Source: Dehalococcoidia bacterium
Lineage (GTDB): Bacteria > Chloroflexota > Dehalococcoidia > Lucifugimonadales > UBA3495
Direction: 5' to 3'
Length of the DNA: 64,000 nt
NCBI GenBank assembly: GCA_965219395.1
Contig: CBDCNN010000002.1
Location: 2,247,547 to 2,311,546 of the forward strand
A model generated the notes under the pieces. That model was not told the origin of the DNA and did no database searches. It saw only the letters and a program-made list of their open reading frames with translations. Positions 39,385 through 49,862 of this stretch are shown piece by piece (the first letter of the stretch is position 1; every line of letters starts with the position of its first letter). The position numbers and the translations under genes are program-made.

Positions 39385-40157
39385 GACACCAAGCTCCGCC
39401 GGACGTAGGTGCTCCACGCGTCCACTACCACGATTATCCCCACCAGGAATATCAGCAGTGTCCAGACTTGGCTGAACAGCAGATCGTGCATCGAAAGCTG
39501 GATCTGGTATCCCAGCCCCTGGATTCCCACGAAACTCAGGATAGCCGCGGACCGGATGCCGCACTCAAGGCGGTAAAAGGTGTAGCTCAGAATATCGGGC
39601 AGGGCCATCTGGAAGTGTCCGTACATAAGGGCAGCCAGCGGAGGCGCCCCCGACGCCCGCAGCGCCCGTAGCGGCGGTTGGGGAACATCCCGGATCAGCT
39701 CCGAGTAAATCCGCCCCAGGATGCCCCCATAGGGGATGGCCAGCGCCAGGATGCCTGCCATCGGCGACAGCCCCACGGACGCCACCAACAGCACCGCCCA
39801 CACCAGCTCATGCACTGACCGCATTCCCGCCAGCAAAACCCGTGAACCGACCATCAACGGCCGCCGCCATGGCGACGCCTCGGGGAGGACCGTCCCCGAG
39901 GCGATTACTCCCAGAGGCAGCCCGATTGCCACGGCCAAGGTTATCCCCGCGACCGCGTAGGCGATGGTGTACCAGCTTGCCTTGACCGCGATGGCCAGGA
40001 ATTCAGGCGTAAGGTCGGGGGGAAACAGGGCGAGAAGGAACCGCAGCGCGGAGGCTCCTCCCCCGGAGTGGAACAATGGAGCGTCCCAGTTGATGTTGCT
40101 CAGGCTCCAGCCCAACGCCGCCAGCAGCGCGAGGGTCAACAGCAGTCGGCTTTCCAA
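39381..40157 (-). CDS. phnE: phosphonate ABC transporter permease
   Basis: ...LRALRASGAPPLAALMYGHFQMALPDILSYTFYRLECGIRSAAILSFVGIQGLG.... Confidence 0.85.
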   Translation of the reverse strand: MESRLLLTLALLAALGWSLSNINWDAPLFHSGGGASALRFLLALFPPDLTPEFLAIAVKASWYTIAYAVAGITLAVAIGLPLGVIASGTVLPEASPWRRPLMVGSRVLLAGMRSVHELVWAVLLVASVGLSPMAGILALAIPYGGILGRIYSELIRDVPQPPLRALRASGAPPLAALMYGHFQMALPDILSYTFYRLECGIRSAAILSFVGIQGLGYQIQLSMHDLLFSQVWTLLIFLVGIIVVVDAWSTYVRRSLVS

Positions 40158-40174
40158 CAGTGCTGGGAGGGACC

Positions 40175-41029
40175 TCAGCGGAAGGCTCCCGGAGGAGGCA
40201 TCCTGCTCTGGGGAGCCGGTCCAGCGGGCGCAGGCACGGGCATTGCGTCCTGTTCCGGCGTATCCGAAAATGGCGTGTCCCGTTGGTAGAGCTCCTCCAG
40301 CGTGAGCCCGGTTACGGCTTCGGCAGGCAGGTCGAAGACCAAACGCCCTGCCTTCAGCCCGATGACCCGTGTGCAGAACCGCCGGATTAGTTCCGGCGAG
40401 TGCAGGCTGACAACAAGGGCCCGTCCATCGTCCTCCGTCAGCCCTGTCAGCAGTCGCAGCATCTCCTCAGCCATCGCCGGATCCAGGGATGCCACCGGTT
40501 CGTCGGCCAGCACCACCCGGGGGGACTGCACCATCAGCCGGGCGATGGCCGCCCGCTGCTGCTCCCCGCCGGACAGATGGGAGGTTCGCTCCCACGCCTT
40601 GCCGCCGATGCCCATCCGTTCCAGCGCGCCCTCTGCCAGCCGCCGCTCTTGGGGCCATACCAGCGACGCGGCGGAGCGCAGCAGACCCCATTGCCCCAAC
40701 CGTCCCGCCAGCACGTTGTGCAGCACCGGCAGGTGGGGCACCAAATCGTATTGCTGATGTACGATCCCCACCAGTTGCGACAGCTCCCGGCCCGGCTTCA
40801 ATCGCGCCAACTCCTTTCCGTCAATGGCCAGGGTGCCGGTGTTGGGCTGCAGGATTCCCGCCATCATGTATAGCAGCGTCGTCTTGCCGCTGCCGCTGGG
40901 ACCGGCCAAAGCCACTCGTTCCCCGGGCTGGACGGAAAAGCTCACCGGGGAGAGTGCGGGAACATCCGAGTAGCTCTTGCTGACCCCGACGGCCCTGACC
41001 AACGGGCGTGGCGGAATGGCTGTAGTCAT
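40175..41029 (-). CDS. phnC: phosphonate ABC transporter ATP-binding protein
   Basis: Walker A GPSGSGKTT, signature LSGGEQQR, Walker B VVLADEP. ATGA overlap with phnD. Confidence 0.9.
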   Translation of the reverse strand: MTTAIPPRPLVRAVGVSKSYSDVPALSPVSFSVQPGERVALAGPSGSGKTTLLYMMAGILQPNTGTLAIDGKELARLKPGRELSQLVGIVHQQYDLVPHLPVLHNVLAGRLGQWGLLRSAASLVWPQERRLAEGALERMGIGGKAWERTSHLSGGEQQRAAIARLMVQSPRVVLADEPVASLDPAMAEEMLRLLTGLTEDDGRALVVSLHSPELIRRFCTRVIGLKAGRLVFDLPAEAVTGLTLEELYQRDTPFSDTPEQDAMPVPAPAGPAPQSRMPPPGAFR

Positions 41030-41928
41030 TTGATGATTTCCAGCTCCCTGGCCACATCCTCGATGGCCCGGTAGTTTTCGTTGCTGGTAGTAATGAACTT
41101 CTCGGTGCTGAACAAGTCCAGGATTTCCTCGTGATCCTGGGGATTCAGCTCCAGCAGCGCCCGCCGGATTTCTTCAGTGAAGCCTGCTCCGTAAATCTGG
41201 TCCAGATTGCCTTGGACCGTCCAGTTGTAGTCGTAGTAGGCAGGAGTGATGTAGAACTCTTTCACCTTTCCGGTATCCACTTTGCCCTCCTGCACCGCCC
41301 GGTTCCAGACGTCCTCATTAAGTACTCCCAAGTCGAAGGCCCCGCTCTCCACCAGTTGCCAGGTAGTGTCGTGGGAACCTGAGAAGTTGGGTTCCTGCCG
41401 GAAGTCGGTGGCCGCGTCAATCCCCGCCTGCTTCAGGAAGTACCTGGGCATCAGGTGGCCGGATGTGGAGTTGGGGCTGCCGAAGGTGATGCTCAGGTCT
41501 GCCGCCTGCGCTTTCAGGCCATCCAGCGACTCTAGGTTCAAGTCGGCGCGGGCGATGAACTTGGAGTGAAAGGCAGCGTCGTGTTCCCTCTGGACGATGG
41601 CCGAAGCCCCGGGCTTCTGCAGCCGGGCTTGCACGCCGGTCAATCCTCCAAAGAACGCCAAATGCAGCTGGTCCTGGGAGAAGGCGGTAACCACCGCTGC
41701 GTAGTCCACGCTGGGAACGAATTCCACCGGAACCCCCAGCGTGTCGGACAGGTACTTGGCGAAGGACCCGTAGCGACGGGCCAGCCGGGCGGTGTCCTGG
41801 TCCGGTACGCCTCCGACCTTCAGCTCCGGAGTGTCATCGGTTGATGACCCCGAGCAGGCCGCAGTGCCCAGCATCAGGGTTACTGCAAAGAGGATTGTGA
41901 GCAGGGGAAGTAAACGGAGGATGTTCAT
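41026..41928 (-). CDS. phnD: phosphate/phosphite/phosphonate ABC transporter substrate-binding lipoprotein
   Basis: Lipobox LGTAAC. ...VDYAAVVTAFSQDQLHLAFFGG...FGSPNSTSGHLMPRYFL.... Confidence 0.85.
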   Translation of the reverse strand: MNILRLLPLLTILFAVTLMLGTAACSGSSTDDTPELKVGGVPDQDTARLARRYGSFAKYLSDTLGVPVEFVPSVDYAAVVTAFSQDQLHLAFFGGLTGVQARLQKPGASAIVQREHDAAFHSKFIARADLNLESLDGLKAQAADLSITFGSPNSTSGHLMPRYFLKQAGIDAATDFRQEPNFSGSHDTTWQLVESGAFDLGVLNEDVWNRAVQEGKVDTGKVKEFYITPAYYDYNWTVQGNLDQIYGAGFTEEIRRALLELNPQDHEEILDLFSTEKFITTSNENYRAIEDVARELEIIK

Positions 41929-42329
41929 TCAAGACCCTGTGAGGTTGTTGCAATCAGTCAAAGGCGCGGAAAAACAGTGCGCCAAGATATTCCGACGGAA
42001 TACCTGGAACGTGACTGCCGAGGGTCTTGGGAGAGGACCGCTAGGACCGGTGCGCTAGCGTCTGGTAAACCCTTGGGACCGCCCGTCAGTACAGGCCCCG
42101 TGGTCCCAGGCTCAAGTAAATCCGGCGCAGAGGATGCGCCAGGAGCGGCGCGGAGGCGGCGAAGCAGCGCTGTCAGGTAACACGTCGCCAAGTCTAAGCC
42201 GACGGGAAATGCCTGTCAACGTGAAGTGTTGTTGGTGAGTTGACCTGGGCCTATGGGTGGATAAGTCACTGGGCGGCCATGCACGGCGCCCCTGTCGTTG
42301 GCTTTGACAGGTCCCTTGAGATCTCGGAC

Positions 42330-42905
42330 CTCAACAGTTGGCGAACACGGTTTCCCCTACCTGCCGCAGGGACTTGCTGTCACAGTGAAGCACAGCGAGC
42401 GGAAAGAGCTTCAGTCTGAGCCAGTGGCAAGGGTTATGCACACCGCCATTCCTATAACGGGTAGTGGGACAGTGGCCCGGTGGATGGACTACGGCACGAA
42501 CATCTCCCGTGTCCTGCGGCAATGCTCACAGACGTAGTCCTTGACTATGGTGTTCCCGCCATCGAACCCGTTCTGGTCCGTGAGCTGTTCGAAGATGCGC
42601 TTGGCAGTGTGGCGCTGCCCCTGTGGACCCGGTGGTCGTTTTCGAGGTTGCGGTTGATGGTGCCGGTGTAGTGCTCAAGCTTGGGCGTCCGGGCGGGCCC
42701 GTTGGATGGTAACCGGGTGGGGCCGGGTAGGCCAGCATCTTGCGCACCGTGTCCTGGTGCAGACCAATACCCTGGCAACCTCCCGAATGCTCATCCCCGC
42801 CACCATCGCCGCCGGGCAGACCGCCGCCGGGCAGACCCGTAGACACATCTGCACCCTCTACGTCCGTTGAACCACCCATACGCTGGGCGCCAAGACTATG
42901 GATAT
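42330..42905 (-). pseudogene. istA: IS21-family IstA transposase, N-terminal remnant (multiple frameshifts)
   Basis: Minus-strand pieces ...GLHQDTVRKMLAYPAPPGY..., ...KLEHYTGTINRNLENDHRVHRG..., ...RHTAKRIFEQLTDQNGFDGGNTIVKDYV... in different frames. Confidence 0.55.
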
Positions 42906-42934
42906 CGTTGGACGGCAAGAGCCTTGTTTACTGA

Positions 42935-43050
42935 ATGTTAGTAATATATTACATATTATACCGCTTATTAAATTATATATGCAGTATATATTATAGCAAA
43001 GGATTATTATTAGGATTATATATTACGAAATCGGTATAGACGATCACATT
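42935..43050. other. strongly AT-rich tract in a GC-rich context, with reiterated TATATATTA-type motifs
   Basis: ...GTTAGTAATATATTACATATTATACCGCTTATTAAATTATATATGCAGTATATATTATAGCAAAGGATTATTATTAGGATTATATATTACG.... Lies between the IS21 debris and the TRAP gene. Confidence 0.6.
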
Positions 43051-43211
43051 GCGTGCCAATAACATGTACCTCCATTGCTATCCGGCTTCGGCCTGATCGG
43101 GCCTTTCGGTTCCCTGGCCAAGGATGACCTCCAAAAGGCCTTCTTCAGGTGGGAAAACCCCGATGGCGAGAGCGGAAATCATGCCGACCAGGAAGTAAGG
43201 GAGGATGGATC

Positions 43212-44366
43212 ATGACCAAGCTTTTCAGGGCAGGACTAATCGGGATACTGATTGTGCTTTTTGCAGCCTGTGGAGGAAACGGGGATACCGGAACTGCACA
43301 AACGGCGCCGGAAGCCACTACCGCTCCAGCCGCTCAGGCCATCGCGACGACTGCTGAGACGGACACTGCCTCGGCCACCCAAGGGGACGAGCCGGAGTTC
43401 ACGATCCAATATACAGCTATCACCCGCACACACCCGACCTTTGAGTCCATGGAAGGATTCGTCCAGAGGGTCGAGCAACGCACCGGCGGCCGGGTGAAGA
43501 TAAACATGAACTCTTACCCGGAACTGGGTATCGCCGGGCCGGACACGCTGGGCCTTCTTAAAAACGGCACACTTTCCTTTGCAATGATTTACAGCGGCTA
43601 CGTCGCCGGAGAATTCCCGCTGATAGAGATGGGCGAACTCTGGGGGTTGTATCCCGATGCCGAAACCCAGGGCAGTGTCATCAGGGCGGTCCGCGACGAT
43701 GAAATCAACAGGATGAGAGAGGAATTCAACGCCCATGTCATCCTCTACCAGTTCTTCGAAAACCAGTTCATCTTCAGCAAGACACCCGTGAGCACCGTCG
43801 AGGACCTGAAAGGGTTGAAAGTCAGGAGTCACAGCGCTTCACTCAGCGACCTCCTCGATGGTCTGAACATGGACGCCCAGTTCGTGGCCTTCTCTGAGGT
43901 GTACGTGGCCCTGGAGAGGGGTATTCTTGACGCGGGTGTCACTGCCGGCTCCGCCGGGTTCGGTCAGAGGTGGTATGAGGTGACCGACTACTTGGTGGGA
44001 CCGCTGGAGGCGCGAGGCCACGTGATCTTGGCAATGAACCAGGACGTTTGGAACAAGCTTCCTGAGGACATCCAAGAGATCATGATGGAGGAAGGTCATA
44101 GGGTCGAACAGGAGACCTGGAACGGTACTGATGAGTGGGCCAGGCAGTCTATAGTCGACAATGTTGCCGCAGGTATGGAGTACATGGAGTTCAGCCCGGA
44201 AATACGGGAAATCATCGGGGAGATTGCCAGGGAAAGGGTGTTAACCAATTGGGTTAAGCGGGTCGGCGGCCCGGAAACCGAAGTCGCCAAACTCTTTAAT
44301 CAAAAAGTGGGGCCGATAGTGGGGGTGCAAATCAACCCCGACGGCACTGCCACCGCTTCCCGGTAA
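43212..44366 (+). CDS. TRAP transporter substrate-binding protein (DctP family), lipoprotein
   Basis: GGGAGG RBS before ATG 43212. Lipobox LFAAC. DctP-like body ...NSYPELGIAGPDTLGLLKNGTLSFAMIY...LKGLKVRSHS.... No DctQ/DctM genes adjacent. Confidence 0.8.
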   Translation: MTKLFRAGLIGILIVLFAACGGNGDTGTAQTAPEATTAPAAQAIATTAETDTASATQGDEPEFTIQYTAITRTHPTFESMEGFVQRVEQRTGGRVKINMNSYPELGIAGPDTLGLLKNGTLSFAMIYSGYVAGEFPLIEMGELWGLYPDAETQGSVIRAVRDDEINRMREEFNAHVILYQFFENQFIFSKTPVSTVEDLKGLKVRSHSASLSDLLDGLNMDAQFVAFSEVYVALERGILDAGVTAGSAGFGQRWYEVTDYLVGPLEARGHVILAMNQDVWNKLPEDIQEIMMEEGHRVEQETWNGTDEWARQSIVDNVAAGMEYMEFSPEIREIIGEIARERVLTNWVKRVGGPETEVAKLFNQKVGPIVGVQINPDGTATASR

Positions 44367-44441
44367 CCAGCCCAAGAGCCTGTGCCACCGGCTGCAGGGT
44401 TACCCGATCCCGGGCGGGGCACGGCGTAATTGGTGTTGCTT

Positions 44442-44481
44442 CAGGTCTGGCTGCGTAGCCCTGCTACGCAGCCAGACACCT
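44442..44481 (+). terminator. strong hairpin downstream of the TRAP gene (15-bp perfect stem, 3-nt loop), no U-tract
   Basis: GTCTGGCTGCGTAGC (44445-44459) CCT GCTACGCAGCCAGAC (44463-44477), extendable by CAG/CTG with a 2-nt bulge. Confidence 0.35.
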
Positions 44482-44961
44482 GTACCATGTTGAACCGGGA
44501 ACTCTTGGTAACTATCTCAAAACTGCCCAGCTCGCTCACCGAGAGACGGCGAACGGCCTGGTTCTCTGTATTCCCGCCCCCGGTCGAGTCGAGGACAAGC
44601 TTTCGCGGGAATTGCCGATCGCCGGGGCGTGTAATGCTTTGAGACAGTTTCTAATGTCCCCACGTTTACCATCGATGACAACGAGCTGCACCAAGCTCTT
44701 GGACCCTCCCGGCGACACGGTCAAATACAACCCCTGCCCATCTCAGTACCGGACCGGCTGTCTCTATTGGAGGACCTTCACCGCTGTTAACTTTGCCATT
44801 TCCCACTTTACCGGCGGTTTTCCCCACATTCTTTCCTGGATGGTGAAAACTACAACTGACGGGAATGGACGAAAAGAGGGCGATCCGGAACAGAAGTTAA
44901 GGCGAACGTCGCGAAACTCTGGAACGACTCGTACGTTGGTGGACTAATGCGGATGGTTAGG

Positions 44962-45047
44962 TGGTGCCGAAGGTCAGAGTCGAACTGACACGGGGTTACC
45001 CCCACCGGTTTTTGAGACCGGCGCGTCTACCATTTCGCCACTTCGGC
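44962..45047 (-). tRNA. tRNA-Leu, anticodon CAA, type II (long variable arm), CCA encoded
   Basis: GCCGAAG-TG-GCG-AAATGGTAGA-CGC-G-CCGGT-CTCAAAA-ACCGG-TGGGGGTAACCCCGT-GTCAG-TTCGACT-CTGAC-CTTCGGC-A-CCA folds as a cloverleaf by hand. Confidence 0.9.
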
Positions 45048-45069
45048 TTAGATACGATATTGGCTGCTT

Positions 45070-46209
45070 TCAGGCTCTTCCGAACCATTTTGCAAACGGA
45101 ACGGCAAGCTGACTCTCTACGGTGCTTCCTGCCTCAATGTCCGAGGCGGGAGGAACATGCCTTTGGGCGTCAACCCTTGTATGGATGTGTATGGATGCTT
45201 TCACGCCCAATGCGAGCTTGAACAATTTGTGCCGGGATGTTGAAGGCCACTAACACGCTGGCATGGAAGTGTCTGAGATCGTGGAACTTCACACTAATTA
45301 CGCCTCATCCTTCCGCCCATGGGCATGTTTTCGTGAGACAGGACGCCAAGCCTCATTATATCACCGTCGAGTCTGGCGGATTCTTGCGAGCTCCAGGAGG
45401 TCCCGGCTAGGGCGCAGCGTGGCGCGCGTGGCTTTCAGAGTCCGGACAACCTCCTCACCGATGGCCACTACCCTGCGGGAATTCCGGGACTTCGGCTCCG
45501 AAATGTGGACTCGGTCCCCCTTCAGTGAAATCATCGTCCGGACTACCCTGATGGTCTGCGCCTTCAGATCAACGTCTGCCCACCGGAGGCCGCAGATTTC
45601 GGACCTGCGAAGGCCAGTGTGGATTGCCAGGTAGATCGGCAGGAAGTAATCGGTGCCATGGGCGGCGTCGATCAGTCGTCACGCCTCATCCACCGTCAAG
45701 AACTTCAATTCCGGTTTTTTCCGCTTGGGAGGAGTGACCCGGGTCGCCACGTTTCCGGAGAGCATGTCCCACTCGACCGCTTGACTTAAGGCCTGGCTAA
45801 GCACGAGGTGGTGGTGGTGCACCGTCTGCGCCGAGTACCCCCTCTCCAGCATACTCGAGTAGTAGCGCTGGATCTGTCTGGCATTCAGTTTGGACAGGTT
45901 GACCTTTCCCAGCCCTTCATCCAAGTGGCCGACGATACCTCTGTATCCCTCGGCAGTACGAGGCCGGACCGATACGGCCACATAATCCTGCAACCACTGC
46001 TGGAGGTATTCCGACAGCGTCAACCGGGATGGTTCGACAAATGCTCCCGCATTCAGATCGTTAATCACCTCCGCCAGCTTCCTTTCTGCGTCGCGCTTGT
46101 TACCCTTAACGGCTATCCACTTCTGGCGTCTCTTTCCAGTGTCCGGGTCGTACCCGTTGTCGACCACCACCGAATAGCTGCCTCCTCGTTTTCGAATGTG
46201 TCCTCTCAA
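45070..46209 (-). pseudogene. tyrosine integrase (phage-type), decayed: in-frame TGA at 45679-45681 and several frameshifts
   Basis: AAGGAGGG then TTG 46209. LRGHIRKRGGSYSVVVDNGYDPDTGKRRQKWIAVKG...SAQTVHHHHLVLSQAL...FLTVDEA*RLIDAAHGTDYFLPIYLAIHTGLRRSEICGLRWADVD.... Then KFHDLRHFHASVL... and the following segments lie in other frames. Confidence 0.75.
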
Positions 46210-46560
46210 TTGAATTCCCTCCTTGACTTTGATTGGGTGAAGGCCACCTCCTCTCAATGTTATTTCGCCCTCAGCGCGCGATTGCCCCCTACGCCATCTT
46301 TTCTGCCAATTTGAGTGCCGCTGCGGGAGGTATCCGAAGCTGTTTCGAGGCTGATTCGCGCCCAATGATGCCCGATTCAAAAACCGCGCGAACGGGCAAT
46401 CCTTGACATCGGCAATGTTAGTTTGAAAGTGAAGGGCAAGGGATGTGGGCGGGCCGGAGGACCATAGGGCAATGATATCGCCCGGTTCGAGACTGTAGCA
46501 AAGCAACAACACGGTGCCCCCTGAGAGGTACCGCAGTACCCAAGCAATGGGAACCGACTA

Positions 46561-46899
46561 ATGAAAGACTCGGAGGAACAGGAAATGCCAGGGGCACAAA
46601 ACGGTTCAAAGCAAGAGAGTATGCCGAGGGGCGGATTGCTGGACAAGATCAGGCTACTGCTGGAGGAAGAGGGCGTGATCGATTCGACGCCACGCCTGGT
46701 GGCAGTGCCAGCCCCCATAGCGGTCTCTCTGGAACAGGCGGCGGCTCTGCTCGCCGTAGCGCCCTCGACACTCCAGGAGTACATCCGGTCCGGTCAACTC
46801 CGCTTATTCAGGCTCGGCCGACGGGTGCTGATACGCCTGGATACCCTGGACGAGTTTTCCAAATCCCTGGAGGACGAGGAGTCGGAAAGGTATTGCTGA
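46561..46899 (+). CDS. excisionase-type helix-turn-helix DNA-binding protein
   Basis: ...VSLEQAAALLAVAPSTLQEYIRSGQLRLFRLGRRVLIRLDTLDEF.... Divergent from the integrase. Confidence 0.6.
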   Translation: MKDSEEQEMPGAQNGSKQESMPRGGLLDKIRLLLEEEGVIDSTPRLVAVPAPIAVSLEQAAALLAVAPSTLQEYIRSGQLRLFRLGRRVLIRLDTLDEFSKSLEDEESERYC

Positions 46900-47023
46900 A
46901 CACAGTCTCTGGACTCAGGATTATCGCCATCAGCACTGTGGCCACCAAAATACACTCCTTCCCTGGTGGGCTGTAGACTGCGCCAAGCAGGATACGGCTC
47001 CCAGACATATCCCACGTTGGAAT

Positions 47024-47788
47024 ATGCACAGTTTGATCGAGGAAATCCTGAACATCAGTCCATACTGGACACCGGAGAAACAACCTAAGAAACTCTGCCA
47101 GGTTCCCGGAACACAGGGGTCCCAGAGGACCTTCGTGATGGACATATTCGAGCGGCTGGAATCAGCCCCCTTGCCCTTCTTCGCCATCGACCTGGACCAG
47201 AGCATCATATTCTGGAACCCCAGGGCAGAGCGAATTCTGGGTTACGAACCAAAGCACGTCCTCGGATGCAAATGCCATTAGGTGGTGAAAGGCCTGTTAC
47301 TGGACGGCGTAACCCCGTTGTGCACTCGCGATTGTCCGGCCATGGCCGCTGCGAGGACTGGCAACATCCCGGCAGCTACCCGGGCCAGAATGCAATGCTC
47401 CACCGGAGAAAGAAAACAGGTGGCAGTGATTCCTTGGGTCGCCCAGGACAACATGGGAAGGACACTACTCGTCCCCATGTTTCACGAAACTCCACTTGGA
47501 GGACCCAGCAACGGTCGGTCTGATTCCCTGCCTCTAACTCCCCGGAAGCGTGAAATCCTGAGCATGCTGGCACAGGAAATGAGGCAATCGGAAATCGCGG
47601 CCAACCTCTACATCAGCGTCCACACCGTCCGCAAACACATCAGCAACGCCACCGAAAAACTCCACTCCCACGGGGCGATGGCAGTGGTATTGGCAGCACA
47701 GCGGCAACACCCCATCTGGATTCCAACCGTTTCCGGTCGACGGAGATACCGAATTTTCGGTATTTCACAGGGCCCCGTACGGTATTAG
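47024..47788 (+). pseudogene. PAS-like sensor / LuxR-type HTH regulator interrupted by an in-frame TAG (47279-47281)
   Basis: ...FFAIDLDQSIIFWNPRAERILGYEPKHVLGCKCH*VVKGLLLDGVTPLCTRDCPAM.... C-terminal ...LTPRKREILSMLAQEMRQSEIAANLYISVHTVRKHISNATEKL. Both ORFs are in the same frame. Confidence 0.7.
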
Positions 47789-47982
47789 CCTGATGTTACG
47801 GGCTAGGCGTCGTAACGCGGACCAGCCCTCCAACCCGCCCGGGGATAACTCAAACCTCCCATTGCATTGAACTCGCCCTTTGTACCCCCGCCCGATATCC
47901 GTACCATCGAGCAGTAGCCTCCGTCGCTGAACCTGGAGTAAGCCATTCTGAATTCCAGCCGTATAACCCGCGCCAGGAACCA

Positions 47983-48623
47983 ATGCTGGGACTGGGCATC
48001 GACGCCTATCTGATACTCACCCACGACGACTATATCTACTTCTTCGGAGAGGACCGGTTCCAGCCCAGAGCCGTGGTGCCGGCTTCCGGCGACCCCATCG
48101 TGGTCACCTTCGTGGGTGAAGAAGCCGAAGTCAGGGAGTTCCTCGGAACGGCGAACGTGAAGGTATTCGGCTCGGTGGGCCAGCAGATCAAGGATGTTGT
48201 GGGCGCCATGCGGGAACTGGCGGAAAACAGGGACTCTATGACTGTGGGTGTCCAGATGTGGTTCAACACCCCGGCGTTCCTGCCCAACCTGTTCCAACGG
48301 GCCAACCTCAACGTGAACGTCGTTGACATCGCTCCGGTGATGGACGATTTCAGGATGGTCAAGGACGAATCCGAATTCGAACTTATGCGCCGGGCTTCGG
48401 AGATAGCCATCACCGGAATCGACACTGCCACACGCTGGCTCAGACGAGGAATCACGGAAAACGAGGTCGGAGCGGAGATCGAATACGCCATGTGCAAGGC
48501 CGGTGGGAGCGGCGTCGCAACCCCGGCGTTCGTTAACTCCGGCATACGCTCCGGTTGGCTCCACGGGACGGCGTCCCACAAGGTGATTGAGGCTGGAGAC
48601 CTGGTAGTGGTAGACGTGGTCCC
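47983..48623 (+). pseudogene. M24-family peptidase (Xaa-Pro aminopeptidase/creatinase-like), 3' truncated by IS630-B3; 5' region also frame-disturbed
   Basis: ...GIDAYLILTHDDYIYFFG...MVKDESEFELMRRASEIAITGIDTATRWLRRGITENEVGAEIEYAM...HGTASHKVIEAGDLVVVDV, then the IS terminal repeat. Confidence 0.7.
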
Positions 48624-48625
48624 TA

Positions 48626-49859
48626 AACCAAAGCCAAGGTGAAATGTGCAGACACATAGGGTAGATTTGTGAGGTAACTGGATTAACTGGTCTCAGGAGT
48701 TGTGGGGGTTGGTGATGAGTGTGAGGGAGATTGACCGGTTTCTTGAGCAGTGGGAGATGGATACAAGGGACCTGCACCGGAGGATGATTCTGGCGCCCAC
48801 GCCCAGGGAGCGTGAACGCTGGCACGCCGTCTGGCTGCTGGCGCAAGGCTGGACGGCATGGTCCACTGCGGAGGCACTGGGACGGGACCCCCACACCATA
48901 GGCCGGTGGGCCGCTGCCTTCGGGGAGGGCGGTCCGGAGGCCCTGATATTCGAGCAGACCGGAGGTTCCCCCCCGCCCTCGGCGAGGCGGAGCAGGCGGC
49001 ACTGACAGGGGCGGTGCAGGAGTTGCCAGGGGCGGCGGGTATTGAAATGGCCAACTGGAACTGGAGGGTGGTGAACCGGTTTGTCTGGGAACGGCGCGGC
49101 ATCAGCCTGAGCCGTAGCAGTTGTCTGAACTGGCTGCACCGGCTGGGCTTCGCCTTCAAGCGTCCCAAGAAACGGCTGCTCAAGGCGGATGAGGTCAGGC
49201 GGGAGTCCTTCGTGGCGGAGTACGCGGCCCTGATGGAGGAGGCGTGTCAAAGCAAAGCCAAGACATTCTTTGCCGACGAGGCCCACTTTCGAGCCGACGC
49301 CGAGTTGCGGGGCAAGTGGGTGCTTAGGGGAGAGCCGGCATTGGTGGATTCCAGCAGTCCGAGGTACGGAGAGAAGGCCAGTTACTATTCGGCGGTGTGC
49401 TTGGAGACCGGTGAGGTGGAATGGATGGACTTGGAAGGGAACAGCAACTCAGGAACGTCGGCAGCCTTCCTGGGGCAGTTGCGGGAGCGGCACACCGAGA
49501 GGCTGAACGTGATCTGGGACAATGCCCCGGCCCACCGCGGCGAGGCAGTGAGGGAATATCTCCAGACGCCGGGACTGAACCTGCGTCTGGTGAACCTGCC
49601 AGGCTACAGCCCGGATTTCAACGCTGATGAGGCCATCTGGGGCTGGGCGCGAGAGGAGGCCACCGGAAACCTGTGCCTGGGGACCAAAGCCCTGGTGCAG
49701 GAGAAAGTCGGCAACTTCTTGGAGGCGCTGGCCGGGCGGAAAGAGGAGGTCAAGCGCCGCTGCCGGACCATCCTGCAATCAAGGGCAGAGGAGTTCCTGC
49801 GTAACCCCAATCCAGGTCCCCATCACCAGCCATATGCACATCCCACCTTGGCTTTGGTT
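48626..49859 (+). mobile_element. IS630-family element, copy B3
   Basis: Terminal repeats at 48626-48641 and 49844-49859. TA at 48624-25 and 49860-61. The flanks belong to two unrelated genes. Confidence 0.9.
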
Positions 49860-49862
49860 TAG
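48700..49862 (+). CDS. IS630-family transposase OrfAB of B3 (orfA to 49005; C7 at 48968-48974; orfB to 49862)
   Basis: Nearly identical to the B1 proteins. The stop TAG is formed by the TA target plus the flanking G. Confidence 0.85.

Noticed and set aside
42935-43050. AT-rich tract as a replication origin
   Set aside because: There is no cluster of DnaA-box-like 9-mers (a single CTTATCCAC about 700 bp away), there are no dnaA/dnaN/gyrB neighbours, and the tract sits amid IS debris.
47803-49002. 399-aa minus-strand ORF
   Set aside because: A chimera running antisense across the M24 peptidase fragment and IS630-B3 orfA, with no motifs.
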